From the NCBI GenBank assembly GCA_002372315.1, contig DFFU01000026.1, positions 1,230-65,229 on the forward strand: a DNA stretch of 64,000 nucleotides, written 5' to 3'. The stretch comes from Alphaproteobacteria bacterium UBA3768. Its GTDB lineage: Bacteria > Pseudomonadota > Alphaproteobacteria > CAAHEQ01 > UBA3637. Below are positions 1 to 9,780 of this stretch, one piece after another (the first letter of the stretch is position 1; the number at the start of each line of letters is the position of its first letter). A program made the translations under genes and the position numbers. The notes under the pieces were generated by a model. That model searched no databases, was not told where the DNA came from, and saw only the letters and a program-made list of their open reading frames with translations.

Positions 1-125
1 GACTCATGCCCATCATGGTGCGACGAATATACATGCGCTTTCCAACGTGTAAGTCCACAGGATTTGGGGTGCCATCTGCTAATCGACCACGAATATTTCC
101 TTGACTTTGGGATGTTTTTTTCATT
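1..125 (-). CDS. HTH XRE-family transcriptional regulator, N-terminal fragment (gene continues beyond window start)
   Basis: Reverse translation from 125 gives MKKTSQSQGNIRGRLADGTPNPVDLHVGKRMYIRRTMMGMS, the typical N-terminus of small XRE/Cro-type HTH proteins of alphaproteobacteria. It is incomplete, hence absent from the ORF track. Confidence 0.5.
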
Positions 126-216
126 TTGCCTCCTTGGTACAACTATTACGTTTATTTTACATAAAAGAATATGACTTGTCAATACATCTTTTTTGATTAT
201 TTTTTTGAATAAAGAA

Positions 217-245
217 TTGACTTATTGAAAAAAAAGTGTTAAAAT
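217..245 (+). promoter_or_regulatory. sigma70-like promoter TTGACT-17-TAAAAT upstream of rpoD
   Basis: TTGACT at 217-222, a 17-nt spacer, and TAAAAT at 240-245, about 35 nt upstream of the likely rpoD ATG at 281. Confidence 0.4.
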
Positions 246-280
246 ATACAAATAACGTTATTTTTTTAGGGTGGGTAATA

Positions 281-2227
281 ATGACATCAATCAATTTGGA
301 AAAAGAAACTTTGGATAATAATTCAGAAGTTCAAGATTCTCGTGCTTTGTTTGCGAATTTGATCGAACAAGGTAAAGAGCGTGGTTTTTTGGCGATAGAG
401 CATTTGCGTAAAGTTTTACCCCAAGAGGTTCAAACAGATGAAAAATGGGAACAATTGGTTTCAGCATTGACTGAAATGGGTATTAACTTAGTTGACAGCA
501 CGGATGACATTACGGATGTTATAGACAGAACAAATGTTGTTGAAGAAGATACCCCCACTGATAGTACTGATTCAGATACTAAAACAGAGCTTTCTATCAC
601 AATGCCAGGGATTAAAGATCCTGTCCGGATGTATTTACGTGAAATGGGATCAGTTGATTTACTTTCACGGGAAGGTGAAATTGCAATTGCAAAACGTATT
701 GCGGCTGGTTTTGGTGTGATGATGGATGGTTTGGCTGAATCTGCTTTGACAGCTCAACAATTAGCAGATTGGCATGCGGATTTATCCGAAGGACGCATCT
801 TGCTGCGTGAGGTCATTGATTTGGAGGCAGCGATGGAAGATGCGCCTAGAACTGCATTGGTAGGGACTGTTGATGTTGCTCCCCCCGTCCAAGATGCAAG
901 TGAAGAGGAAGACGAAGATTCCTCAGTTGCAGAAGAGGATGATGAAGACGACGGAATGCTTTCTTTGGATCAAATGGAAATCACACTGCTGCCTATTGTT
1001 TTGGATTCTTTATTTAAAATTGAACAAAATTTTAAAAAGTTCTTAAAGCTACAATCTGATTATATGATTAAAGTTGTTAAACAACAAAAAAATGATACAG
1101 CTTTAATCAATAAATATAAGTCTTTGCGTGCATCTTTGGTTGAAGATATCAAACAATTACATTTAAATCCTGTCCATTTGGATATGTTGGTCAATCGTAT
1201 CAACGATATCAATTCTGCCTTGATGATGCAGGAGGGGCGTCTGTTGCGTTTGGCAAGCAGTTGTAAAATTGATCGTGATGACTTTTTAAAGGTATATAAA
1301 GACCATGAAGGGGATTTAAATTGGTTGAAAAAGAAGGTTGTTTCAAAAAGCAAATCCTGGAATACATTTTATGATCAGTGCAGGCCTGAAGCAAGAGCCA
1401 TCTATGAAAGTATTTTGAATATTTCAAAAGAAACAGGAATGCCAATAGCGATCTATCGCAACTTGGTGAATATTGTGCGTAAAGGTCGTCAAGAAATGAA
1501 TAAGGCTAAGCAAGAAATGATTGAGGCAAATTTGCGCTTAGTGATTGCTATTTCTAAACGTTATATGCATCGAAATTTGCAATTTTTGGATTTGATTCAA
1601 GAGGGAAATATTGGCTTGATGAAGGCTGTAGATAAGTTTGAATATCAACGAGGTAATAAGTTTTCTACTTATGCAACATGGTGGATTCGTCAATCTATTA
1701 CGCGTGCGATTGCAGATCAGGCGAGAACGATTCGCATCCCCGTTCATATGATTGAAACGATTAATAAAATGTTACGTACTTCTCATCAAATGCAGATTGA
1801 AACAGGACATGAGCCAACTCCTGAAGAATTGGCTCCACGCTTAAATATGACCGCTGAAAAAATAAAAAAGGTTATGAAAATTGCCAAAGAACCGATTTCT
1901 TTGGAAACACCTGTTGGTGATGAAGAAGATACGCATTTAGGGGATTTTATTGAAGATAAAAATACAATTCAACCTTTGGAAGCGGCAATTCAGGCAAATT
2001 TGCGTCAGTCATGTACGGCGGTTTTATCAACATTGTCGCCACGTGAAGAGCGTGTGTTGCGTATGCGCTTTGGTATTGGTATGAATACAGACCACACTTT
2101 GGAAGAGGTGGGGGCTCAATTTGCTGTTACCCGTGAGCGTATTCGCCAGATTGAAGCTAAAGCATTACGTAAATTAAAACATCCGACCCGTTCACGTAAG
2201 TTGCGTACCTTCTTGGAAGATATGTAA
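281..2227 (+). CDS. rpoD: RNA polymerase sigma-70 factor RpoD
   Basis: Regions 1.1 to 4 are recognisable (acidic spacer DEDDGMLS, region 2 [15 protein letters not shown], region 4 [27 protein letters not shown]). Start is placed at the ATG at 281 (MTSINLEK) after a GGGTGGG Shine-Dalgarno; the track ORF begins at 236. Confidence 0.93.
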   Translation: MTSINLEKETLDNNSEVQDSRALFANLIEQGKERGFLAIEHLRKVLPQEVQTDEKWEQLVSALTEMGINLVDSTDDITDVIDRTNVVEEDTPTDSTDSDTKTELSITMPGIKDPVRMYLREMGSVDLLSREGEIAIAKRIAAGFGVMMDGLAESALTAQQLADWHADLSEGRILLREVIDLEAAMEDAPRTALVGTVDVAPPVQDASEEEDEDSSVAEEDDEDDGMLSLDQMEITLLPIVLDSLFKIEQNFKKFLKLQSDYMIKVVKQQKNDTALINKYKSLRASLVEDIKQLHLNPVHLDMLVNRINDINSALMMQEGRLLRLASSCKIDRDDFLKVYKDHEGDLNWLKKKVVSKSKSWNTFYDQCRPEARAIYESILNISKETGMPIAIYRNLVNIVRKGRQEMNKAKQEMIEANLRLVIAISKRYMHRNLQFLDLIQEGNIGLMKAVDKFEYQRGNKFSTYATWWIRQSITRAIADQARTIRIPVHMIETINKMLRTSHQMQIETGHEPTPEELAPRLNMTAEKIKKVMKIAKEPISLETPVGDEEDTHLGDFIEDKNTIQPLEAAIQANLRQSCTAVLSTLSPREERVLRMRFGIGMNTDHTLEEVGAQFAVTRERIRQIEAKALRKLKHPTRSRKLRTFLEDM

Positions 2228-2300
2228 TTTTATTAATTGGCATTTTTCCCTTGACTTTATGAATTTAAGGTTTTAAACTAAATCCAAAACGGGGGATTTG

Positions 2301-4037
2301 ATGGAAAAAGTAAGTTTATCTTGTCAAAAATTTGATGGTATAGCTTTTGTGGAAGGGTTCGCCAAAGCTCAGGCGTTAGTTTTGCGTCCGTTAGAGCAGT
2401 ATACGCCTCAACGTTCCAATCATCAAGATCAAGAACGGACACGCTTTCTGGATGCTTGTTCTATTTTGAAAGAAGAGTTAGATTTAACTTTGACAGGTAA
2501 AATAGCTGATGAACAAAAAGCACTTTTGGAAACTTCGAAAATGCTATTGCTGGATCGTGGTTGGAATCGTCAGATTATTCAGATCATTGATCAAGGGTAT
2601 ACAGCAGAAACAGCTGTGCACCAAGCAACGCATCAAATAGTGGAACGTATTGGAAAAATTGAGGACGTTTACTTGCGTGAACGACTGAGCGATTTTAAAG
2701 ATTTGGCTGTTCGTATTTTACATATATTGGAACGACTAAAATCTGGCAAAAAATTAAAGGTCATTCCTAAACAAGTTATTTTGGTTGCACAAAGTTTAGG
2801 CCCCGCTGAATTGTTGGACTATGATTTATCAAAGATAAAGGGTATCGCCTTAGCAGAAGGAAGTCAGACGATGCATGTCACTATTGTAGCACGTGCCTAT
2901 GGAATTCCTTTATTGGGGGGAATTGAAAATATTTGTCAACAGGTTCAATCAGGAGATTTGTTAATCTTAGATGGGCAAAATGGTCGTCTTTATCAAAATC
3001 CATCCGATGAGGTGATTGATGAATTACATCGTTATCAAGCAAGCGAGCATAAAAGATTGTTGCAAGAGAATAAGAATAAAGATAATTTGGCGCAAACATT
3101 GGATGGACAAGTAATCGAATTGGGAATCAATTTAGGGTTAGCGGATGATTTGTTGGTTGCCAATGCTCCACCTTTTGATAAGGTGGGACTTTATCGAACA
3201 GAATTACCCTTTATGTTGGCAAAAGAATTACCAAATTGTTCAGAACAGGTAAGAACTTATCAAAAAGTTTTGGCACACGCCAAGGGGCGACCTGTCATTT
3301 TTAGGACCTTAGATGTCGGTTCAGATAAGGTTCTACCCTATGTGCATCATCAACCAGAGGAAAATCCAGCTATGGGTTGGCGTTCGACACGAATGACGCT
3401 AGATAGACGTGCTTTGTTGCGTACACAATTACGAGCATTGATTCGTGCAGTAGATGGTAAACCCTTATGGGTAATGTTTCCCATGATAGCAGACATAGGT
3501 GAATTTTTGGCATCAAAAAGAACATTAGAATTAGAACTAAAAAGTGCAGAAAAAAGAGGTGAAACATTACCATCGGAAGTCCACGTAGGGAGTATGTTGG
3601 AAATTCCGTCACTCATTTTTGGGTTGAAGAATTTCGTTCATTATTTCGATTTTATCTCAGTAGGCACAAATGATTTGATGCAATTTATGTTTGCGGCAGA
3701 TCGGGGAAATATCAATGTATCTTCTAGATATGATACGTTGAATGTTTCTTTTTTAATGGCGTTGGATTATATCCAAAAAACTTGTCGTCAAGCACATGTG
3801 CCGTGTTCAGTTTGTGGTGAAATGGCAGGACGTACATTAGAGGCAATGGCCCTGATTAGTTTGGGGTACACTTCTCTTTCTATGAATCCACATAGCTTAT
3901 TGCGGGTGAAAACAGCCTTGCTTGGAGTAAACCAAGAAGAATTGCAAAACTATATGGAACGATTATTGAAGACTGAACACCTTTCTGTGCGTACACAATT
4001 GATGGCTTATTTGCGTGATCATGAGGTTTTGTTTTAA
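2301..4037 (+). CDS. phosphoenolpyruvate--protein phosphotransferase (PTS Enzyme I, short PtsI/PtsP-type without GAF domain)
   Basis: 579 aa. Enzyme I N-terminal phosphohistidine region (GSQTMHVTIVARAYGIPLLGG) and a C-terminal PEP-utilising TIM barrel (ISVGTNDLMQF, CGEMAG). Confidence 0.85.
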   Translation: MEKVSLSCQKFDGIAFVEGFAKAQALVLRPLEQYTPQRSNHQDQERTRFLDACSILKEELDLTLTGKIADEQKALLETSKMLLLDRGWNRQIIQIIDQGYTAETAVHQATHQIVERIGKIEDVYLRERLSDFKDLAVRILHILERLKSGKKLKVIPKQVILVAQSLGPAELLDYDLSKIKGIALAEGSQTMHVTIVARAYGIPLLGGIENICQQVQSGDLLILDGQNGRLYQNPSDEVIDELHRYQASEHKRLLQENKNKDNLAQTLDGQVIELGINLGLADDLLVANAPPFDKVGLYRTELPFMLAKELPNCSEQVRTYQKVLAHAKGRPVIFRTLDVGSDKVLPYVHHQPEENPAMGWRSTRMTLDRRALLRTQLRALIRAVDGKPLWVMFPMIADIGEFLASKRTLELELKSAEKRGETLPSEVHVGSMLEIPSLIFGLKNFVHYFDFISVGTNDLMQFMFAADRGNINVSSRYDTLNVSFLMALDYIQKTCRQAHVPCSVCGEMAGRTLEAMALISLGYTSLSMNPHSLLRVKTALLGVNQEELQNYMERLLKTEHLSVRTQLMAYLRDHEVLF

Positions 4038-4046
4038 AGGAAAAAA

Positions 4047-4862
4047 ATGACAATTCTATTGGCTGATATAGGTGGAACTCATGCACGGTTTTCGTGTTTA
4101 AAATCAAATAAAATGACGCCCTTAATAAAAGTAAATTGTGGTGATTTTAAAACGCCATTGGAGCTGATTGAAAAATTTTTTGTGTCTGAGAAGATTCAAG
4201 GTATATATCTTTCTGTTGCAGGACCAGTTTATAAGGGAAAAGTTCAATGGACAAATCGTCCAAAATGGCAATTGTCAGAATCAGAATTAAAAAGAACTTT
4301 TAAAGTAAAAAAGGTATTAATTATCAATGATATGGTTGCGCAAGCTCATGGTTTAAAATTGCCTGAAAGGCAAAAGGCATTGTTAATGAATGTTGGTACA
4401 GGAATGGGGACTTCACTCATTTTAAATGGATGCATTTATCCATGTGAATTTGGATTAGTTTTAGATGAAAAGAAACGTAAAAAAGAATATTTACTTTCTG
4501 GTCAAGGTGTTTTACGCATTTATCATGATTTGGGTGGAAAAAAGGAGGTTTGCTCTGCAAAGCTTTTGGATGAAATGCGACAAAATAAGGATAAACATGC
4601 AATAAAAGCATATCAAAAATTTTATGAACTTTGGGGAAAAATTGCAGGGAATATTGCCACTGGATTAATGTTAAATCGTATCTATTTATGGGGTGGATTA
4701 GTTCCCAAAAATAAAAAAGATTTAAAAGATTTTTTAAAAACTTTTCATGACAAAAAATTACCTAAATTTAATCAAAAAATACAGGTTAAAATTGTCCGTG
4801 AAAAATCATTGGCCATTAAAGGGTTGAGGAATTTATCAATGAATAAATTCTCTCAATCATAG
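4047..4862 (+). CDS. glk: glucokinase-family sugar kinase
   Basis: N-terminal LADIGGTHARF (Glk VGDVGGTNARF), IINDMVAQAHG, and a GGL block near the C-terminus. At 271 aa it is shorter than E. coli Glk. Confidence 0.65.
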   Translation: MTILLADIGGTHARFSCLKSNKMTPLIKVNCGDFKTPLELIEKFFVSEKIQGIYLSVAGPVYKGKVQWTNRPKWQLSESELKRTFKVKKVLIINDMVAQAHGLKLPERQKALLMNVGTGMGTSLILNGCIYPCEFGLVLDEKKRKKEYLLSGQGVLRIYHDLGGKKEVCSAKLLDEMRQNKDKHAIKAYQKFYELWGKIAGNIATGLMLNRIYLWGGLVPKNKKDLKDFLKTFHDKKLPKFNQKIQVKIVREKSLAIKGLRNLSMNKFSQS

Positions 4863-5220
4863 CGGCGAACCCATTTCGGCGAGTAGGGGATAGGTTTTCT
4901 TCTAATCCTAACTTTTTAAATATTTCGGGCAAATTTAAAGCGCAAATTTCATCACGTGTTTTACCATTGACTAAAGTTAATAAAATGGCTTCTAGCCCCC
5001 GAACAATAACAGCATCACTGTTTGCTAGAAAGTAAAATTTATCCTCTTTTTTTTCACCTTTAATCCATACTTGAGATTGACATCCAACTACTTTATTGGT
5101 TTCATTACATTCTGACTCAGGTAAAGCAGACATCTGCTCGCCCAGCTCAATTACATAGCGATATTTATCTTCCCAATCTGTAAGGTAAGAAAAATTTTCA
5201 ATCAACTCTTTAGGTGTCAT
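4816..5220 (-). CDS. sufE: SufE-like Fe-S cluster assembly / cysteine desulfuration accessory protein
   Basis: 134 aa, SufE/YgdK-like, with the conserved Cys in the VVGCQSQVWI context. Its 3' end overlaps glk convergently by 47 bp. Confidence 0.7.
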   Translation of the reverse strand: MTPKELIENFSYLTDWEDKYRYVIELGEQMSALPESECNETNKVVGCQSQVWIKGEKKEDKFYFLANSDAVIVRGLEAILLTLVNGKTRDEICALNLPEIFKKLGLEENLSPTRRNGFAAMIERIYSLINSSTL

Positions 5221-5222
5221 TT

Positions 5223-5837
5223 TTAATTTTCTCCATAATGTCTCATAAGTCCCACTAATATTCCTTGAACTTCAACACGATCGTCTGTAAAAATACGTGT
5301 TTCATAGGCAGGATTTGCGGGTTCCAATGCAATAGAATGACCCCGCTTATGAAATTTTTTGAGTGTTACCTCATATTCGTCAACTAAAGCCACCACAATT
5401 TGACCATTATTGGCATTTTTTGCATGTTTGATGATAACCGTATCACCATTCATAATTCCAGCCCCAATCATTGAGTCTCCCTCAACTGTTAGTGCATAGT
5501 AGTCACCTTGACCCAACATATCATTTGGAACAGCAATTTTTTCACTTTCGTTGGCAATCGCTTCAATCGGTAATCCCGCTGCAATTTTTCCATACAGTGG
5601 CAGATAGGCACAATCATTCGCCGCAATTTCTTTAGCCTCTGGTAAGGCAAGACCTCTTGTTTGATGCGGTATACGGCTCAGTATACCTTGCTCCTCTAGC
5701 TCTTTAATCAATCGGTGAATACTTGATTTTGATTTTAAGTTCATAAAATCTTTCATTTCATCAAAACTGGGAGCATAGCCATTTTTTTTGCTATAATCCC
5801 GAATAAATTCCCATAAAATATGTTGTTTTGGTGTCAT
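5223..5837 (-). CDS. lexA: LexA repressor
   Basis: N-terminal wHTH followed by the S24 peptidase domain (VEGDSMIGAGIMNGD, catalytic Ser and Lys). SOS boxes lie immediately upstream. Confidence 0.95.
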   Translation of the reverse strand: MTPKQHILWEFIRDYSKKNGYAPSFDEMKDFMNLKSKSSIHRLIKELEEQGILSRIPHQTRGLALPEAKEIAANDCAYLPLYGKIAAGLPIEAIANESEKIAVPNDMLGQGDYYALTVEGDSMIGAGIMNGDTVIIKHAKNANNGQIVVALVDEYEVTLKKFHKRGHSIALEPANPAYETRIFTDDRVEVQGILVGLMRHYGEN

Positions 5838-5850
5838 ATAGAGCTCCTTT

Positions 5851-5905
5851 GTTCTACTTTTGTTCCAATATTAGAACAAAAGTAGAACATTGTCAAGTAA
5901 AAAAT
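5851..5905 (-). promoter_or_regulatory. lexA promoter with two alphaproteobacterial SOS boxes (GTTC-N7-GTTC) arranged as an inverted pair
   Basis: Box 1 is GTTCTACTTTTGTTC at 5851-5865 and box 2 is GAACAAAAGTAGAAC at 5874-5888. On the minus strand, TTGACA (revcomp of 5891-5896), a 17-nt spacer containing box 2, and TAATAT (revcomp of 5868-5873) form the promoter. Box 1 overlaps the predicted +1. Confidence 0.6.
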
Positions 5906-5908
5906 AAT

Positions 5909-7024
5909 TCATTTATTTTTAGCTGGTGGTATGGACATGAAATTTGTTTTTGGAAATCCTTTTTGGGCGATATTATAGTTTTTAAACTCATCAAGAAAAG
6001 TAACTTCCTTTATGGATTTTATCCAGTTTGGTAAAGAAATTTGTTGATTTTCATGATTTAATTCAATTTCCAATAATGCATTATTGGGTTCAGAGTCAAA
6101 GGTATCTAGCTCAAAATATTGTCCTTTATCAACAAAACACCAACGCGTTTTATTGATTATAGTTTCAGCTTCTGTCAATAAAGACATGTATTCATTTTGT
6201 GAAATTTTTCTTTCTTTTTCAATGCGTTTTAATGGTGAGAAGGATTGCTTTTCTGTATAAAAGTAGGTAAAACCATTTTCGTTTCCACGTGCTCGGATAC
6301 GCCTTTGGGTTGAACCATGGTTTGGTAGATACGCTTGAATAATTTTTTGAGCGACTGCACCATGTGCTGTTAGGTCTTTTTCATTAGGTTTTTGAATTAA
6401 AAATTTTCGTTCAATTTCTAAGGGGACAGGAATTCCTAAGACATCAAAAACACTATTGCATAGCCGATTGATTTTATCATGAAAATTAGTTGAATTATCA
6501 ATAATGCGCAAGTGAGGGTGTCCCACATAGGCTTGTTGCGTTTTTTCATCAGTCAAACGTGCAATATCTAAATTATTTTCGCGGCGCGCGGGATTATTTG
6601 CACAGGTGTAAAATTCTTCGGCTCCATTGGCGGCAGTTACCATATGAAAAACAGCATCGTATCTATTGCAGGCTTCATTCGGTTTAATGTTATGGAGTTT
6701 CAAGATATTTTCATAATCTTTGGAATCCATATAGGCTAAGCAGTCAGGAATTCCTCTGTCAAGTAAAATGACTGATTTGGAGTATAATTTGGCAGCCTCA
6801 TTCGCAATTTTTTCTTTGGTTAATTGCAGCTCTATCAGTAGTTTTTCATAGGGTAGGATACCAATTTCTGGTACATGAATTCCGGATAAAGTCATTTCCG
6901 TGGATGCCTCAGAAACTGTAATAACCTTATAGCCTTTTTCGTTAAGTCGCTGTTCTAGGGTGCTTAAACAAGTTGTTTTTCCCGCACAAGGACCTCCAGT
7001 AATAACAATTTGTGTTACAGACAT
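5909..7024 (-). CDS. P-loop AAA-family ATPase fused to a C-terminal CYTH (triphosphate tunnel) domain
   Basis: Walker A GGPCAGKTT near the N-terminus and the CYTH signature EIERKFL plus a later EIELNHE in the C-terminal half. Start is placed at MSVTQ with a strong SD AAGGAGG; the track ORF extends to 7138. Confidence 0.7.
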   Translation of the reverse strand: MSVTQIVITGGPCAGKTTCLSTLEQRLNEKGYKVITVSEASTEMTLSGIHVPEIGILPYEKLLIELQLTKEKIANEAAKLYSKSVILLDRGIPDCLAYMDSKDYENILKLHNIKPNEACNRYDAVFHMVTAANGAEEFYTCANNPARRENNLDIARLTDEKTQQAYVGHPHLRIIDNSTNFHDKINRLCNSVFDVLGIPVPLEIERKFLIQKPNEKDLTAHGAVAQKIIQAYLPNHGSTQRRIRARGNENGFTYFYTEKQSFSPLKRIEKERKISQNEYMSLLTEAETIINKTRWCFVDKGQYFELDTFDSEPNNALLEIELNHENQQISLPNWIKSIKEVTFLDEFKNYNIAQKGFPKTNFMSIPPAKNK

Positions 7025-7147
7025 TTTTTTCCTCCTTTTTTCTATTAAAAAAGGACGGTATTTAAACCGTCCTGCTAGATGTTTAAATGGGGTCATTTTA
7101 TCAGATATTGATAAAATATGTATTCTTTTTTTAAACATCGCGAAGTT

Positions 7148-7176
7148 ATACTATCTATGTTAGATGCAATTGTCAA
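7148..7176 (-). promoter_or_regulatory. sigma70-like promoter TTGACA-17-TAGTAT for the ATPase-CYTH gene
   Basis: Minus strand: TTGACA (revcomp of 7171-7176), 17 nt, TAGTAT (revcomp of 7148-7153). The 17-mer ATTGTCAAGTAAAAAAT is identical to the one in the lexA promoter at 5889-5905. Confidence 0.4.
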
Positions 7177-7224
7177 GTAAAAAATGGGCCGCCAAAGCGA
7201 CCCACAAAAATTTGAAAATAATTT

Positions 7225-7836
7225 TTATCTCTTTGAGAATTGGAATCTCTTACGGGCTTTGGAAAGACCAGGTTTCTTACGTTCAACCACACGGCTATCA
7301 CGTGTTAAGAATCCAGCCTTCTTTAAAGCGGTATGCAATTCGGGTTCAAACAAGTCCAAAGCACGACTGATACCATGGCGCAATGCATATGCTTGACCAG
7401 AAAGTCCACCACCAATAGCTGTGCAAACAACATCAAATTCACCCACACGATTTGTCACAACAAAAGGCTGGTTGATAATCATTTGTAACACAGGACGAGG
7501 GAAGTAATCTTTCATATCGCGATCATTGACGACGATTTTTCCTTTACCCAATTTAATGAAAACACGGGCAATGGCATTTTTCTTTTTACCAGTTGCTTGA
7601 CTGCGACCAAATTTATCCTTTTTGGGTTCACGTTTGGTGGCAACTTCTACTTTTACCTCTTTTGTTTCTTCCTTTGGTGTCTCAATTGTTTTTTCTTCAT
7701 TGACGACAGTTTTCAAGTCTTCCAAAGATTTCTTGGCAACCTTTGAAACTTTCTTTTCCACAACAGTTTTCGTTGTTTCTTTTTTGGCTGTTGTTTTCTT
7801 GGTTGTCTTTTTTTCTGTTTCTTTTTTTGCGACCAT
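7225..7836 (-). CDS. rpsI: 30S ribosomal protein S9 with a roughly 70-aa Lys/Glu/Thr-rich N-terminal extension
   Basis: The C-terminal 130 aa is canonical S9 ([17 protein letters not shown], ending ...[11 protein letters not shown]). The N-terminus [23 protein letters not shown]... is low-complexity. Confidence 0.9.
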   Translation of the reverse strand: MVAKKETEKKTTKKTTAKKETTKTVVEKKVSKVAKKSLEDLKTVVNEEKTIETPKEETKEVKVEVATKREPKKDKFGRSQATGKKKNAIARVFIKLGKGKIVVNDRDMKDYFPRPVLQMIINQPFVVTNRVGEFDVVCTAIGGGLSGQAYALRHGISRALDLFEPELHTALKKAGFLTRDSRVVERKKPGLSKARKRFQFSKR

Positions 7837-8306
7837 TATTCACCTCTCTTGTTTTTGGGGTTTTTCTTGGCAATGTCCAACACGATTGGGTTTTGTGCGG
7901 CATGAGTATGTTCTGCCCCAGCAAAGACACGCAATTTTGTCATTTGTTGACGTCCTAATTTATTGCGAGAAATCATCTTTTTCACAGCGTTAATCAAAAC
8001 GCGTTCAGGGTGTTCAGCCAATTGAGCCTTTAAAGTGACATCCTTAATACCACCGATATAGCCAGTGTGATGATAGTAATGCTTCTGTTCTTCTTTTTTA
8101 CCTGTGACAGCGATTTTCGCAGCATTGATGACCACAACATAGTCGCCACAGTCTTGATTGGGGGTATAGCAGGCCTTATTCTTACCACGCAAAATGGTGG
8201 CAATTTGACTGGCCAAACGTCCCAAAACCAAATCAGTCGCATCAATCAAATACCATTTGATATCAGCGTCAGCTGGTTTGATATTTTGTGTTTGTTTTGT
8301 TGTCAT
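7836..8306 (-). CDS. rplM: 50S ribosomal protein L13
   Basis: 156 aa, L13 signature, in the conserved rplM-rpsI operon order. Its stop overlaps the rpsI start. Confidence 0.95.
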   Translation of the reverse strand: MTTKQTQNIKPADADIKWYLIDATDLVLGRLASQIATILRGKNKACYTPNQDCGDYVVVINAAKIAVTGKKEEQKHYYHHTGYIGGIKDVTLKAQLAEHPERVLINAVKKMISRNKLGRQQMTKLRVFAGAEHTHAAQNPIVLDIAKKNPKNKRGE

Positions 8307-8403
8307 TTTTATTCCTTTTTGTTAAAAAACGTTTAAATTATATCAGATAAGATTAGTAATGTCAAGCAGTTTTTTGTGTGGTATTATAATACCAAATATA
8401 AAT

Positions 8404-9603
8404 CTATTCGTCTTTATTGGTTTTGAAATTGCCAGAGCCGGCATTACAGAAAAGTTTTTTTGTTACTTTATCAAACATACAAGGTTCGCCTGAGTATTGT
8501 GATGATTCAGGCGAAAGAACGGGGATGAAATCACGAATAAGTGTTCCGTTATGATATATTTTACAGTAATACATCTTGCCAACATAGTTTTTTTCCCTTG
8601 GATTTGCTTTAAATAAAAGTATATTAGAAAAAACGGTTTGTTTTGCTCTCAAAGTTCCTGTTGTAGTTACCCCATTTACAGTTAAACTTTTTATTAAAGT
8701 ATCTCCATTTGCTTCAGCACTTATATAAAAGTCGTTTGCACCAGAAAAAGTAGCAGAAGTAGTATTTACATCTGCTGGATTTGGTGCTTCTTTTGTATAA
8801 TTAAAAACATATTTTTGATATAAACCTAAAACATTTCCACCACCATTCAGAATATAATATCCAACTATATCTTGTTCTGCAGTTGGCATATCAGGTGTAT
8901 AAACGTGTGTTTCGTATTTTAAAGTCGTTGAAGTTGGCACATAACCCGTATCAATATACTGTGCTCCAGTGGATTCCAAATATTCCAGTTTTTCGCAGCC
9001 ATCTTGACAGGAGTGCGCTTCAAGATTACAAACCATACATTCATTTTCTTGATTACAATCCTCATTCGTTTCACACGCATGGGTAGGGGTAGCACAAGAC
9101 CCTATACAAATCCCTTGACTTTGACCATCCGCTATTTGACATACCCCACATACATTACAATCTAAATCGCTGTGACAAAATTTTGTGGAAACAGCACCTT
9201 CTAAATTTTTATGAAATGTCCATTCAAATTGATTCGTTACAACACACGTAAAGGGTATAATTTGGCTGGCCAAAGGCATCCCCTTATTTAACAGCTCCTG
9301 ACAAATGGATTGGGGAATATTGGATACAACCAATTTAAAGTAGTCCTGATTGACCTTTTGGGCAGACACAGGATATTTATCATCAATTTTATTGGAAAAA
9401 TCGGATAAAGCACATTCTGTCCGATCCATCATGACCATTTGAGCAGAACACGTATGTGCCATCATATTGATATCGTGTAAAATCGTGTTGGCATCATGGG
9501 AATTGACTATATGGCGATATCCCCATATCCCCACAACAGACAATATACCCACTATAGCCAATGTCCCCAACATCTCTGTTAAACTGCGCCCGCGCTCTGT
9601 CAT
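8404..9603 (-). CDS. prepilin-type (class III signal) N-terminal domain protein with a Cys-rich central region, 399 aa
   Basis: N-terminus MTERGRSLTEMLGTLAIVGILSVVGIWGY has the G/RSLTE processing motif with Glu at +5 and a hydrophobic helix. The central region has about 20 Cys (CNVCGVCQ..., CMVCNLEAHSCQDGC). Strong SD AAAGGAGG upstream. Confidence 0.6.
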   Translation of the reverse strand: MTERGRSLTEMLGTLAIVGILSVVGIWGYRHIVNSHDANTILHDINMMAHTCSAQMVMMDRTECALSDFSNKIDDKYPVSAQKVNQDYFKLVVSNIPQSICQELLNKGMPLASQIIPFTCVVTNQFEWTFHKNLEGAVSTKFCHSDLDCNVCGVCQIADGQSQGICIGSCATPTHACETNEDCNQENECMVCNLEAHSCQDGCEKLEYLESTGAQYIDTGYVPTSTTLKYETHVYTPDMPTAEQDIVGYYILNGGGNVLGLYQKYVFNYTKEAPNPADVNTTSATFSGANDFYISAEANGDTLIKSLTVNGVTTTGTLRAKQTVFSNILLFKANPREKNYVGKMYYCKIYHNGTLIRDFIPVLSPESSQYSGEPCMFDKVTKKLFCNAGSGNFKTNKDE

Positions 9604-9627
9604 GATAACCTCCTTTTAAAAATAAAA

Positions 9628-9662
9628 AATCCACTTTTTTAAAAGTGGACGGACGCTGAAAA
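9628..9662 (-). terminator. Rho-independent terminator on the minus strand immediately upstream of the pilin-like gene RBS
   Basis: Minus strand reads TCCACTTTT AAAA AAGTGGA followed by TTTTTTATTTTT. Confidence 0.5.
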
Positions 9663-9780
9663 ACTGTCATGTCGAGCAGTGCTACTTATTCAATATATTC
9701 AGTAGACCATCCGCCCGCAGGCGGTACTCCGACACGAACGGAATTTCAGTTCCGGCTTATGTGCAATGACATAAGCAGAG
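9640..9780 (-). ncRNA. candidate structured small RNA or riboswitch-like leader (promoter to terminator, about 140 nt)
   Basis: Minus-strand promoter TTGACA (revcomp of 9807-9812), 17 nt, TAAATT (revcomp of 9784-9789). It is followed by a relatively GC-rich segment with several hairpins (GCUUAUGU..ACAUAAGC, CGGAA..UUCCG, CCGCC UGCG GGCGG) and ends at the terminator at 9628-9662. Confidence 0.35.

Noticed and set aside
236-280. Longer rpoD N-terminus starting at 236 ([18 protein letters not shown]...)
   Set aside because: It is hydrophobic and non-sigma-like with no SD. The ATG at 281 has GGGTGGG upstream and gives the conserved MTSINLEK start.
534-1747. Short ORFs (534-719 +, 1060-1353 -, 1209-1445 -, 1538-1747 -) inside or antisense to rpoD
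   Set aside because: They lie fully within the well-supported rpoD frame and have no SD or domain signal. They are typical spurious ORFs in AT-rich DNA.
7164-7396. Plus-strand ORFs 7164-7370 and 7184-7396 overlapping the rpsI 3' end
   Set aside because: They are antisense to conserved rpsI coding sequence. The region upstream of 7225 is a promoter/UTR.
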